Positions 34,348-42,639 of a stretch of DNA of 64,000 bases are shown here, piece after piece (position 1 is the stretch's first letter; each line of letters begins with the position of its first letter). The stretch is from Candidatus Eremiobacteria bacterium (GTDB lineage Bacteria; Vulcanimicrobiota; Vulcanimicrobiia; Vulcanimicrobiales; Vulcanimicrobiaceae): assembly GCA_963737065.1 (NCBI GenBank), contig CAVTRC010000001.1:1856001-1920000 (forward strand), written 5' to 3'. Under the pieces are notes generated by a model, which did no database searches, was not told the DNA's origin, and worked only from the letters and a program-made list of their open reading frames with translations. Both the position numbers and the translations under genes were made by a program.

Positions 34348-35420
34348 GTCGCAACGCCCACGTATTTCAGCACGGCGTCTCCAAATTTGCTCGTTGTGAG
34401 CGGTGAGTCGCTTGCGCGCGCAATATCGGACGTTCGCAAACCGTCACACACGACGCGTTCTACTGCGTATTCTATGCGTGATGCGGACGCATCATCGTTC
34501 AGACTGTATCGCAGCAGTAGCGCGGCAGAAAGAATCGCTCCGATTGGATTCGCGATGCCTCGTCCGGCGATGTCCGGAGCCGTGCCGCCGATCGGCTCGT
34601 ACAGTCCGAACGTTCCCCCTTGCGGACCCGCCCGGACGCTCGCGCTCGGCAAGTTGCCGATTGAGCCGCTGAGAATCGCAGCTTCGTCGGATAGAATATC
34701 GCCGAACATGTTTTCTGTAACGATAACGTCGAAATCGCGCGGCCTGCGCACGAGTTGCATCGAAGCGTTATCGACAAGAAGGTGAGTCAATTCGACGCTC
34801 GGATACTCGCGTGCGACTTCGTTGACGACCTCCCGCCAGAGCCGAGACGTCGCCAAGATGTTATATTTGTCGACGGAGGTAACGTGCTTACGCCGTTGCA
34901 TCGCAAGGTCGAAGGCGACCCGTGCAACGCGCTCCACTTCCTCTTCGCTGTATGACATCGTGTCGACCGCGCATCGCTTGCCTGCGGCATCGACTCTGCG
35001 TTCTTTGGGCCTACCGAAATAGATGCCTCCCGTCAGCTCGCGCACGACGATAAGATCCAAACCCTCTACGAGTTCCGTACGAAGGCTTGACGATCGTTCG
35101 AGTCCTGAGTACACGCGCACCGGACGAAGATTCGCGAAGAGTTCGTAATCATAGCGCAATTCGAACAGCGCGGCTTCTGGACGACGCTCGAAGTCAACAC
35201 CATCGAACAGCGGGTCTCCGACAGATCCGAAAAGAATTGCATCGCTACGTCTGCATAGCGCATCGGTGTCGCTCGGAAGTGGCGGAAGCCCCATGCGAAG
35301 CGCGGCCGCACCAACGGGCGCTTCAACACATTCGATGTCCGGGCGCACGCGCTGCAAAACGCGCACAGCCTCCGCCACGATTTCGGGGCCAATTCCATCT
35401 CCGGGCAACACGGCAATCAT
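34344..35420 (-). CDS. 3-isopropylmalate dehydrogenase-family beta-decarboxylating dehydrogenase (LeuB-like; proposed D-malate dehydrogenase)
   Basis: GDGIGPE, FANLRP, RELTGGIYFG, NMFGDILSDEA and APDIAG. Overlaps the transketolase and ABC genes by 4 bp each. Confidence 0.9.
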   Translation of the reverse strand: MIAVLPGDGIGPEIVAEAVRVLQRVRPDIECVEAPVGAAALRMGLPPLPSDTDALCRRSDAILFGSVGDPLFDGVDFERRPEAALFELRYDYELFANLRPVRVYSGLERSSSLRTELVEGLDLIVVRELTGGIYFGRPKERRVDAAGKRCAVDTMSYSEEEVERVARVAFDLAMQRRKHVTSVDKYNILATSRLWREVVNEVAREYPSVELTHLLVDNASMQLVRRPRDFDVIVTENMFGDILSDEAAILSGSIGNLPSASVRAGPQGGTFGLYEPIGGTAPDIAGRGIANPIGAILSAALLLRYSLNDDASASRIEYAVERVVCDGLRTSDIARASDSPLTTSKFGDAVLKYVGVAT

Positions 35421-36346
35421 ACGGTAGCGACCATATTCCGCACGCGTTGCGCGATGTGTTCGGCACTGAGGCCGTACTTGCGCAACAATTCATCATTAGG
35501 ACCGCTCTCGCCGTCGACGTCCATCAATCCGATACGCTCGATATGTGCCGGATAACGCTCGGCGAGCACCTCGGCTACGGCACCTCCGAGTCCGCCGTAT
35601 ATCGAGTGCTCCTCGCACGTGAGCAATCGCGGGATTGAGCGCGCGAATCGCACGACGGCTTCGGCATCGAGGGGTTTGATCGTCGGAACGTGCAGCACGG
35701 CAACGTGCACGCCTTCCTGCGAGAGCATTTCCGCCGCTTGAAGCGAGCGCACCGTCTGCCCGCCGGTTGCAATGATCCCCACGTCGCGGCCTTCCCGCAG
35801 CACACGGGTCCGGCCGATCGAGAAACCGTCATGTGGATTTGTCGCCGACGCAACCGGGTCGCGTAACAAGCGCATGTAGACCGGGCCATCATACGCTGTC
35901 GCTGCGACAATAGCTGCGCGCGCCTCGTGCGCGTCACACGGAGCTACGACCAGCATATGCGGTAGACTTCGCATGATTGCTATGTCGTTTACCACTTGAT
36001 GTGTCTTACCAGTGTATCCGGTTAAAATGCCGCTGTAGTGCGCCGCCAGCTTCACATTTAGGCGCGGCTGCGCCACGACGACGCGAACCTGATCCAGATC
36101 TCGTGTCGCCAAGAACGCTGCGAAGGAGCTAACCCACGGAATGAGTCCAGCCGTTGCCATTCCAGCCGCCACGCCAATCAGATTTTGTTCGGCGATCCCA
36201 AGCATGTAGAACGATTCGGGCGCGCGTAAGGCGACTTGGTCGGCCTTGGTGGAGTTCGCGAGATCGCCGTCTAGCACTACGACCCGCCGATCGGTCTTAC
36301 ATAGATCGACCAGTGTATTTCCGAACACGTCGCGCTGCGCGTTCAT
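35417..36346 (-). CDS. Transketolase, C-terminal subunit (pyrimidine-binding + C domain)
   Basis: GIAEQNL, THQ, GPVYMRL, TIKPLD and EEHSIYGGLG. Confidence 0.93.
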   Translation of the reverse strand: MNAQRDVFGNTLVDLCKTDRRVVVLDGDLANSTKADQVALRAPESFYMLGIAEQNLIGVAAGMATAGLIPWVSSFAAFLATRDLDQVRVVVAQPRLNVKLAAHYSGILTGYTGKTHQVVNDIAIMRSLPHMLVVAPCDAHEARAAIVAATAYDGPVYMRLLRDPVASATNPHDGFSIGRTRVLREGRDVGIIATGGQTVRSLQAAEMLSQEGVHVAVLHVPTIKPLDAEAVVRFARSIPRLLTCEEHSIYGGLGGAVAEVLAERYPAHIERIGLMDVDGESGPNDELLRKYGLSAEHIAQRVRNMVATV

Positions 36347-37176
36347 GTCAGCTCGGCCAACGCGCGCGACACTTCGTCGGCCGACAGCGGCCGCGAGTGC
36401 CACGTGAGGTCATTCTCCATGAAGGAGACGCCTTTGCCCTTGACCGTCGATGCGATGATCATCGAAGGTAAGCCGCGTTGCGATGACGCGCGTTTGCAGG
36501 CATCGACGAACGCGTCAATATCGTGCCCGTCGCATTCAATGACGTTCCAGCCGAACGCTTCCCATTTCGAGCGCGGATTCGGCGCCGGATCGCGTCGCAC
36601 CATCGAAGCATATCCCTCGTCCGTCGCCCAGCCGTACTGCTGCAGGCGATTCCAGTCGAGAATTGCTGTCAAGTTGTCCAGACTGTAGCGAGCTGCTGTA
36701 AACGCCGCTTCCCACACTTGTCCTTCTTGTGTTTCACCGTCTCCGAGCATGACCCACGTTCGATAGCCTTTGCCCAAACGGCGGCCGGCAAGCGCCATTC
36801 CAATGCCGGGCGACAGCCCTTGACCGAGCGATCCCGTCGACATATCGAGCCCCGGAAGCTTGCTCATGTCAGGATGGCCTTGCAGACGTGAGTCGATCGC
36901 ATCGAACGTTTCAAGCTCGACAACCGGAAAGTAACCGCGCAGTGCAAGCGTTGCATACAAGCCAATAGCACAGTGGCCTTTTGAAAGAATGAATCGATCG
37001 CGATCGGGGCCGTAGGGCTGTGCTGGATCGATATTAAGTACGTCGAAGTACAGCGCCGCAAGCATGTCGGCTGCTGAAAGCGCGCCGCCGATATGACCTG
37101 CGCCGGCGAAATGCACGGCCTGCAAGACCTCGCGTCGTATCCGGTTGCCGATATCCTGGAGCGTTTGCGCATTCAT
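36343..37176 (-). CDS. Transketolase, N-terminal ThDP-binding subunit
   Basis: GHIGG, DRFILSKGH, LQGHP, STGSLGQG, GDGETQEGQVWEA...DWN and TVKGKGV. Confidence 0.94.
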   Translation of the reverse strand: MNAQTLQDIGNRIRREVLQAVHFAGAGHIGGALSAADMLAALYFDVLNIDPAQPYGPDRDRFILSKGHCAIGLYATLALRGYFPVVELETFDAIDSRLQGHPDMSKLPGLDMSTGSLGQGLSPGIGMALAGRRLGKGYRTWVMLGDGETQEGQVWEAAFTAARYSLDNLTAILDWNRLQQYGWATDEGYASMVRRDPAPNPRSKWEAFGWNVIECDGHDIDAFVDACKRASSQRGLPSMIIASTVKGKGVSFMENDLTWHSRPLSADEVSRALAELT

Positions 37177-38051
37177 AATTGAAACCGCTCGCGCAGGTAC
37201 TCGCGGTTCGCTTTGGCGCAGGCGAACGGTTCGCGCGGTGCATCTTGCTCTACTATGATCCAGCCATCATAATGAGCCTCGCGGAGCGCGTCGACGATGC
37301 TGGGAATCGATACGACGCCCGTTCCCAATTCGACGAACATCCCAATACGGACGGCTTCAACGAAATCAAGACGCTCGCTCCGAACGCGTTCCAGCGTCGC
37401 GCCGTCGATGTCTTTGAGATGCACGTACCCGATTCGCGTTCGATAGTCGCTGAAAAGTTGCTCGGGATCCGAGCCGCCGTACGCGATATGGCCGGTGTCC
37501 GGGCATAGCATGAGGAGTGCAGGATCGGTGAGCTCGCACAATCGGTCGATTTCCTCGCGCGTTTCGACGTACGTGCCGACGTGCGGATGAAAAACGGCAC
37601 TCATCCCACGCTGCTGCAACGCGTCGCCGATGCGGTGTAACCCTTCGGCCATCGTCCGCCAAGCGCGCTCGCCCAGCATATCGTCGCGGCGGGCGCGCCC
37701 GGCGACGCGAATGCGTTCTGGTGATACTTCATCGGAAAGGATCAATACATGCGAGCCGACGCTCTGCAAACGGTCGGCGACGCGTATGCTGCTCGCTAAC
37801 GCGGCTTCATGATTTGCTTCGTCACGCACGTTAACCGCATGAAACGATGCAGCCGGCGCGAGATCGCGGGCGCGCAGCTCGCGTGCAATTGCGTGTGAGT
37901 CGTTTGGGAAATTATAGCTGATTTCCGTGCCTTCGTACCCGGCCTGCGCCATTTCGTCGAGCATCTGCTCGAAGCTCGGCGTACGGACCCACGTGTAGAG
38001 TGGATCAAAGCCCCAGTTCACGGAAGCAGTCCCAATGCGCATCGTGTTCAC
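37173..38051 (-). CDS. iolE: myo-inosose-2 dehydratase (IolE family TIM barrel)
   Basis: IGTASVNWG, FHPHVGTYVET, DTGH, HLKD and VEQD; inositol gene context. Confidence 0.78.
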   Translation of the reverse strand: MNTMRIGTASVNWGFDPLYTWVRTPSFEQMLDEMAQAGYEGTEISYNFPNDSHAIARELRARDLAPAASFHAVNVRDEANHEAALASSIRVADRLQSVGSHVLILSDEVSPERIRVAGRARRDDMLGERAWRTMAEGLHRIGDALQQRGMSAVFHPHVGTYVETREEIDRLCELTDPALLMLCPDTGHIAYGGSDPEQLFSDYRTRIGYVHLKDIDGATLERVRSERLDFVEAVRIGMFVELGTGVVSIPSIVDALREAHYDGWIIVEQDAPREPFACAKANREYLRERFQL

Positions 38052-38857
38052 CACGCCCACCCTTGTCGAATCCATTCATGCTGCGGATCAAACGTCATGT
38101 GATAGATGTGTTTGGGGCCGGCCAAGACATTCAAATAGTAAATGGCATATTCAGGAGCCGCTGCACAAACGTGATATCCGCGCGGAACGAGGACGATGTC
38201 GCGGTCGCGCGCAGCAATCGTCTCGTCGACGTCGCCTTCCGCCGTGTACACGCGCTGAAACGCAAAACCACACTCAGGTCGCGCTCGATAATAGTACAAT
38301 TCTTCGAGTGCCGATTCGTGCGGCGGATCGTCCTTGTCGTGCTTGTGTGGCGGATAGCTGGACCAATGTCCAGGTGGTGTGAGAACCTCTGTGATAAAGA
38401 GCGTTGATGCCGCCTCTGGGTCCATCAAAATGTCGTAGATGCGGCGCGATGCATTTCCCGTTCCACGATCGTGGGCGTCGGTTTCGTTCAGCGCAATCAG
38501 CCGTGCTGCGTGCGTGCCGCGCGCTTGTGCCGAGCAGATCGCGATCTCGCAGTCGCCACGCGCGCTCAACTTGTACGCCGTTGTTTGCGGAAGATACACG
38601 GCTTGTGGAGGGCCGTCGAACGGAGAGCGCCGTTCGCCGACGCGCTGCCAAGATGCGTGATCGCTCGTCACGTCGGCGGTTCCCTCGATAAACACGAGAA
38701 CCGCTTCATTGCCGCCCGTTTCCGCGGAGTATGAGCTGCCCTTCGCGAGCCGGACGATTTTAAAGTCTATGTACTTCCAGTCGTCGCCGTGTGGTGCGAC
38801 GGAGGCGATGACTCGGTCATCCGTACCGCGGGATCGCACGAGGAGGCTGCTTGTCAC
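38048..38857 (-). CDS. iolB: 5-deoxy-glucuronate isomerase
   Basis: EVLTPPGHWSSYPPHKHD, LEELYYYR, FQRVY, VPRGYH and YYLNVLAGP. Confidence 0.93.
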   Translation of the reverse strand: MTSSLLVRSRGTDDRVIASVAPHGDDWKYIDFKIVRLAKGSSYSAETGGNEAVLVFIEGTADVTSDHASWQRVGERRSPFDGPPQAVYLPQTTAYKLSARGDCEIAICSAQARGTHAARLIALNETDAHDRGTGNASRRIYDILMDPEAASTLFITEVLTPPGHWSSYPPHKHDKDDPPHESALEELYYYRARPECGFAFQRVYTAEGDVDETIAARDRDIVLVPRGYHVCAAAPEYAIYYLNVLAGPKHIYHMTFDPQHEWIRQGWAW

Positions 38858-38860
38858 CGT

Positions 38861-39877
38861 CTACGCGGCCTCGATGTCGGCCATTTTTACGGCGCAGCCG
38901 CTTTCCCGCGATTGATCCGCGGCGACTGCGATGCGCAGCGCTTCCAAAGCGTCGCGGCCGCCGACACGTGGACGTCCGTCCGCAGCAACGACGTCGATGA
39001 AGTCTTCGATTTCCGCGCGGTATGCATCCGAGAATCGTGTGAGAAACGAGTCGGTTTGGCGCGTTGCAAACGACGCGCCTAAGACGCGGCCGTTCTGCAT
39101 TTGCTCTGCGCCGGTCAGCAGTATCCCACGCGATCCATGGATCTCCGTGCGCACGTCATAGCCGTAGATCGCTTCACGCGATACATCCACAACCGCGATG
39201 GCACCGTTCGAGAAACGCAGCAACGCAACCGCCGTATCGACGTCGCCCGCTTCGCCGATCTCCCGTGCAATGGTCGCGCTTCCGGTCGCCGTTACCTCGA
39301 CGACTTCCGCGGGCTCGAGCAGCCAGCGCGCCGCATCGAAATCGTGAATCATCTGGTCTTTGAATTGACCTCCGCTCGTGGGAATGTACGCGATCGGCGG
39401 AAGGCAGCGATCGCGGCTGACGAGGCGAAGAAAACGGATGTCACCCACGGCGCCCGATCCGATAGCGTTGCGTGCGCTCAAAAAATCTCGATCAAAGCGG
39501 CGTTGAAAACCGATCTGCAGAATTACGCCCGCCTCCTCGCATGCGAGTATTGAGTTCAACGTCGCGCCGATATCGAGCGATATCGGCTTCTCGCAAAAAA
39601 TGTGCTTGCCGGCCGTCGCAGCGCTTGCGATCAGTTCTGCATGCGTCGGACTCGACGTCGCAATGACCACGGCGTCGATGTCGCGATCCCGCAAGAACGC
39701 TTCGATACTGTCCGCTTTGCCTTTGCCCATCGACGAAACGAGGCGCTGCGCAGCATCGCGATCGACATCGGCAACGCCTGCGAGCTCTGCTCGCGGGCTG
39801 AGCGATACCGCACGCGCGTGCGCTGCGCCCATGCGTCCTGCACCGAACACTGCAATGACAGGCCGCCCGCCGCGCAC
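38861..39877 (-). CDS. iolG: Inositol 2-dehydrogenase (Gfo/Idh/MocA)
   Basis: GAGRMG, CEKPI, GFQRRFD, SGGQFKDQMIHDFD and YGYDVRTE. Confidence 0.85.
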   Translation of the reverse strand: MRGGRPVIAVFGAGRMGAAHARAVSLSPRAELAGVADVDRDAAQRLVSSMGKGKADSIEAFLRDRDIDAVVIATSSPTHAELIASAATAGKHIFCEKPISLDIGATLNSILACEEAGVILQIGFQRRFDRDFLSARNAIGSGAVGDIRFLRLVSRDRCLPPIAYIPTSGGQFKDQMIHDFDAARWLLEPAEVVEVTATGSATIAREIGEAGDVDTAVALLRFSNGAIAVVDVSREAIYGYDVRTEIHGSRGILLTGAEQMQNGRVLGASFATRQTDSFLTRFSDAYRAEIEDFIDVVAADGRPRVGGRDALEALRIAVAADQSRESGCAVKMADIEAA

Positions 39878-41685
39878 TACGTCAGCGCCTCTTGCGTGCG
39901 CGCAGCTTCATACTCGGCGCGCTTTTCACCGTGGTAAGCGGGAACCGTGACGTCCCACCATCCGGTCGTCGTGAGTCCGCTCTCGGGCAACTCGCGGCTG
40001 CACAATGCTTCGACGACCGCTGGACGCTCCGACGCGAAGGCACGCCGCAGCGCATCTGCGAGCTGCGCCGGTTCCTCAACGCGCTCTGCATGGCAGCCGA
40101 AACCTTCCGCAATCTGCGCTAGATTAGCGGAGAACGGGCTGCCGTCGCGCTTCTTGAAGTTCGTTGCGATAACGCGATCTGGGCCAAACTGCAACGTCTG
40201 CAAATTCTTGATGCACTCCCAGCCGTAGTTATTCATTACGAGGAAGACGGCCGGTACATCGTATTGCGCAGCCATCGCCAATTCCTGAACCGTCTGCAGA
40301 AAGCTGCCGTCGCCGACGATTGCGAGCACTTGCCGGTTCGGCGCCGCCAGTTTGGCACCGATTGCACCTGGCACCTCAAAGCCCATCGCCGAAAATCCGC
40401 CCGGCGTGATGTGCTGACGGCTTCCGTACACGGGAAACTCGGTGAATACTTGGCTTTGCGGATTGCCTGCGCCGGTAACTACAATCCCGTCGCGTTCGAG
40501 AACCTGCCGCGCGACAACAAGCGCTCGGGAGATCGTCATCGGATTGGCGTTGCTCTCTCGCATCGGTCGCAACGCTTCTTGCCACTCGTTCTTCAGGCTC
40601 TGAATGCGCTCGAAATACGCAGTAGAGCGGTACGCCCGCGGAGCCGACAACTCGTGCAGCGACGACAGCAAATCGTCGAGCGTGGCGCGTGCATCACCGA
40701 CGATGCCGACTTCTACCGGATAGTTCTTGCCGATCTCATACGGGTCGAGATCGATTTGTATGAGTTTTGTCGGTGGAATGTTGAAGGTGATCCCGCGCCT
40801 AAATGAAGATGTGGTGCGGTCCGTGAACCGGCAGCCGACCGCGAGCACGACGTCAGCTTCGCGCGCTAGCGTGTTGCCGGAAATCGAGCCGAGGTCGCCG
40901 CAGGGCCAAGCATACAGATCGTGGTCCTCGGGTATCGCGCCTTTTCCCATCCATGTAACCGTCACGGGGGCGCCTAGAAACTCCGCCAGTAGCCGCAGCG
41001 CCGGCTCGGCGCTCGACGAGATCACGCCGCCGCCCGCCAAAATCATGGGACGCTCTGCGCTCAACAGCAGCTGTGCCGCCTCCTCCACCGCCTTTGGATC
41101 GCCGTGCGAACGGCCGCGCGGGCGGCGTGCGACGGGATCCGGGAGTGCGTCGATCTCTGCGAATTCGGCTTGCACATCCATTGGGATATCGATGTGTGCG
41201 GGCCCACGCCGCCCCTCGAGCATGACGTTGAACGCAAGATGCAATACGTTGGGCAGCTGATCTACTCGACTGGGCTGCCACCACCGTTTGACGATGGGCT
41301 CCATCAGCCGCGGAAAGTTGGCCCAGTGCGTGCGTTCGAGTTCTTGCAGCACGCCGCGTCCGCGCATGTACGTGTGAACCGAACCGGTGAGAAGAAGCAA
41401 CGGCATCGAATCGACGTAGGCGCACGCCACGCCCATTGCGGTATTTACTGCACCCGGCCCGATGGACGTGAAAACGCCGCACGGTTTAGCGGCGACGCGG
41501 TAATACGCGTCCGCCATGTGCGCTGCGCCTTGCTCGTGAATCGCTTGGATTACCGCGATATCATCGCGCCTGTCGACGAATGCATCGAGGAGTGCGGTAA
41601 TGCCGTGACCGGGAACGCCAAACACCATCGGCACGCCTTCTCGGATGAGATATTCTGCGACGATTTGCCCCCCGGTCATTCGCAT
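39877..41685 (-). CDS. iolD: ThDP-dependent enzyme, IolD-like trihydroxycyclohexanedione acylhydrolase
   Basis: PGHG, HEQGAAHMA, TSIGPGAVN, VLQELE and GDGSF...MNN ThDP motif; first enzyme gene of the iol operon. Confidence 0.72.
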   Translation of the reverse strand: MRMTGGQIVAEYLIREGVPMVFGVPGHGITALLDAFVDRRDDIAVIQAIHEQGAAHMADAYYRVAAKPCGVFTSIGPGAVNTAMGVACAYVDSMPLLLLTGSVHTYMRGRGVLQELERTHWANFPRLMEPIVKRWWQPSRVDQLPNVLHLAFNVMLEGRRGPAHIDIPMDVQAEFAEIDALPDPVARRPRGRSHGDPKAVEEAAQLLLSAERPMILAGGGVISSSAEPALRLLAEFLGAPVTVTWMGKGAIPEDHDLYAWPCGDLGSISGNTLAREADVVLAVGCRFTDRTTSSFRRGITFNIPPTKLIQIDLDPYEIGKNYPVEVGIVGDARATLDDLLSSLHELSAPRAYRSTAYFERIQSLKNEWQEALRPMRESNANPMTISRALVVARQVLERDGIVVTGAGNPQSQVFTEFPVYGSRQHITPGGFSAMGFEVPGAIGAKLAAPNRQVLAIVGDGSFLQTVQELAMAAQYDVPAVFLVMNNYGWECIKNLQTLQFGPDRVIATNFKKRDGSPFSANLAQIAEGFGCHAERVEEPAQLADALRRAFASERPAVVEALCSRELPESGLTTTGWWDVTVPAYHGEKRAEYEAARTQEALT

Positions 41686-41700
41686 CTGTCGTCTACCTCT

Positions 41701-42489
41701 CTATGTAAGCGCGCCGGCCGCGGCCTGGACGTATCCGAGTTGCGCGGAGATGGTTTGTGCCGCAGCGCAAATGCAAAGCGCGACGTCGGGGATGCGGTCG
41801 CGCGTGAGGCGTACGGCGGGCGAAGAGATTCCAAACGACGCGATCACAAGGCCGGTGTGGTCCCTCACGGGCGCGGCGATGCAGCGAACACCGGGATGCA
41901 GCTCCTCTTCATCGACGGCGTACCCGACGCGACGCACGCGCGCTAAGTCTTTGTCCAACTCGTCGACGCTCGTCATGGTATGCGGCGTAAACCGCCTCAG
42001 CGGGGACGTCCCAAGGAGTTCGACTAATTGAACGTATGTGAAGTCGGTAAGCAGCGCTTTGCCGATCGCCGTACAGTACAGCGGTTCCGCGGTGCCGATC
42101 GTAGTCTCTACGCGCAAAATGCCCGTAGCAGATTGCGCTGCGACGGAGACTGCAGATTGCCGTTCGCGAACCGCAACATGCGTGTTTTCGCCCGTCTCGA
42201 GAGCAATCTCTCGCAAATGCGACTGCGCTATCTCCACGACGCTGAGCCGGCGCAGCAGGGCTGACGCAATCTCCAGGATGCCGTATCCGACGGAATACTT
42301 TTTCGTCTCGCTATGCTGCATGGCGAACCCGTGAGTTTCTAAGGTCGCAAGCAGCCGGTACGCGGTGCTCGGATCGACGTTCAGCCGTTCCGCAATTTCG
42401 GTGACGCCGGCACCTGCCGGCTGCTCGGCGAGCAAACGCAAGATGTTCAAGCCTCGTGACAACGAGTTGATGAGAGTGGGACCAGCCAT
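41701..42489 (-). CDS. IclR family transcriptional regulator
   Basis: SLSRGLNIL..GVTEIAERLNVDPSTAYRLLATL, CTAIGKALL and GYAVDEEELHPGVRCIAAPV. Confidence 0.94.
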   Translation of the reverse strand: MAGPTLINSLSRGLNILRLLAEQPAGAGVTEIAERLNVDPSTAYRLLATLETHGFAMQHSETKKYSVGYGILEIASALLRRLSVVEIAQSHLREIALETGENTHVAVRERQSAVSVAAQSATGILRVETTIGTAEPLYCTAIGKALLTDFTYVQLVELLGTSPLRRFTPHTMTSVDELDKDLARVRRVGYAVDEEELHPGVRCIAAPVRDHTGLVIASFGISSPAVRLTRDRIPDVALCICAAAQTISAQLGYVQAAAGALT

Positions 42490-42492
42490 TCT

Positions 42493-42601
42493 TTCAATGT
42501 GGCATCTTATTGCACTATCGTCAAGGAGCGCTCTCATACGAAGCTAGGTCTCTCGATAATTATGCAAGGCCATTGACAATTTTGCAATTGCATGGGTGAA
42601 T
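42493..42601. promoter_or_regulatory. AT-rich divergent promoter region with palindromes (candidate IclR operators)
   Basis: TTGACA at 42573, palindrome TGCAATTGCA at 42583-92, ATAATTAT at 42556-63, and TTCAAT-N10-ATTGCA at 42493-514. Confidence 0.45.
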
Positions 42602-42639
42602 GATTCCCGTAGCCCGCTTCCAGGGCGGAGGTACGACTG

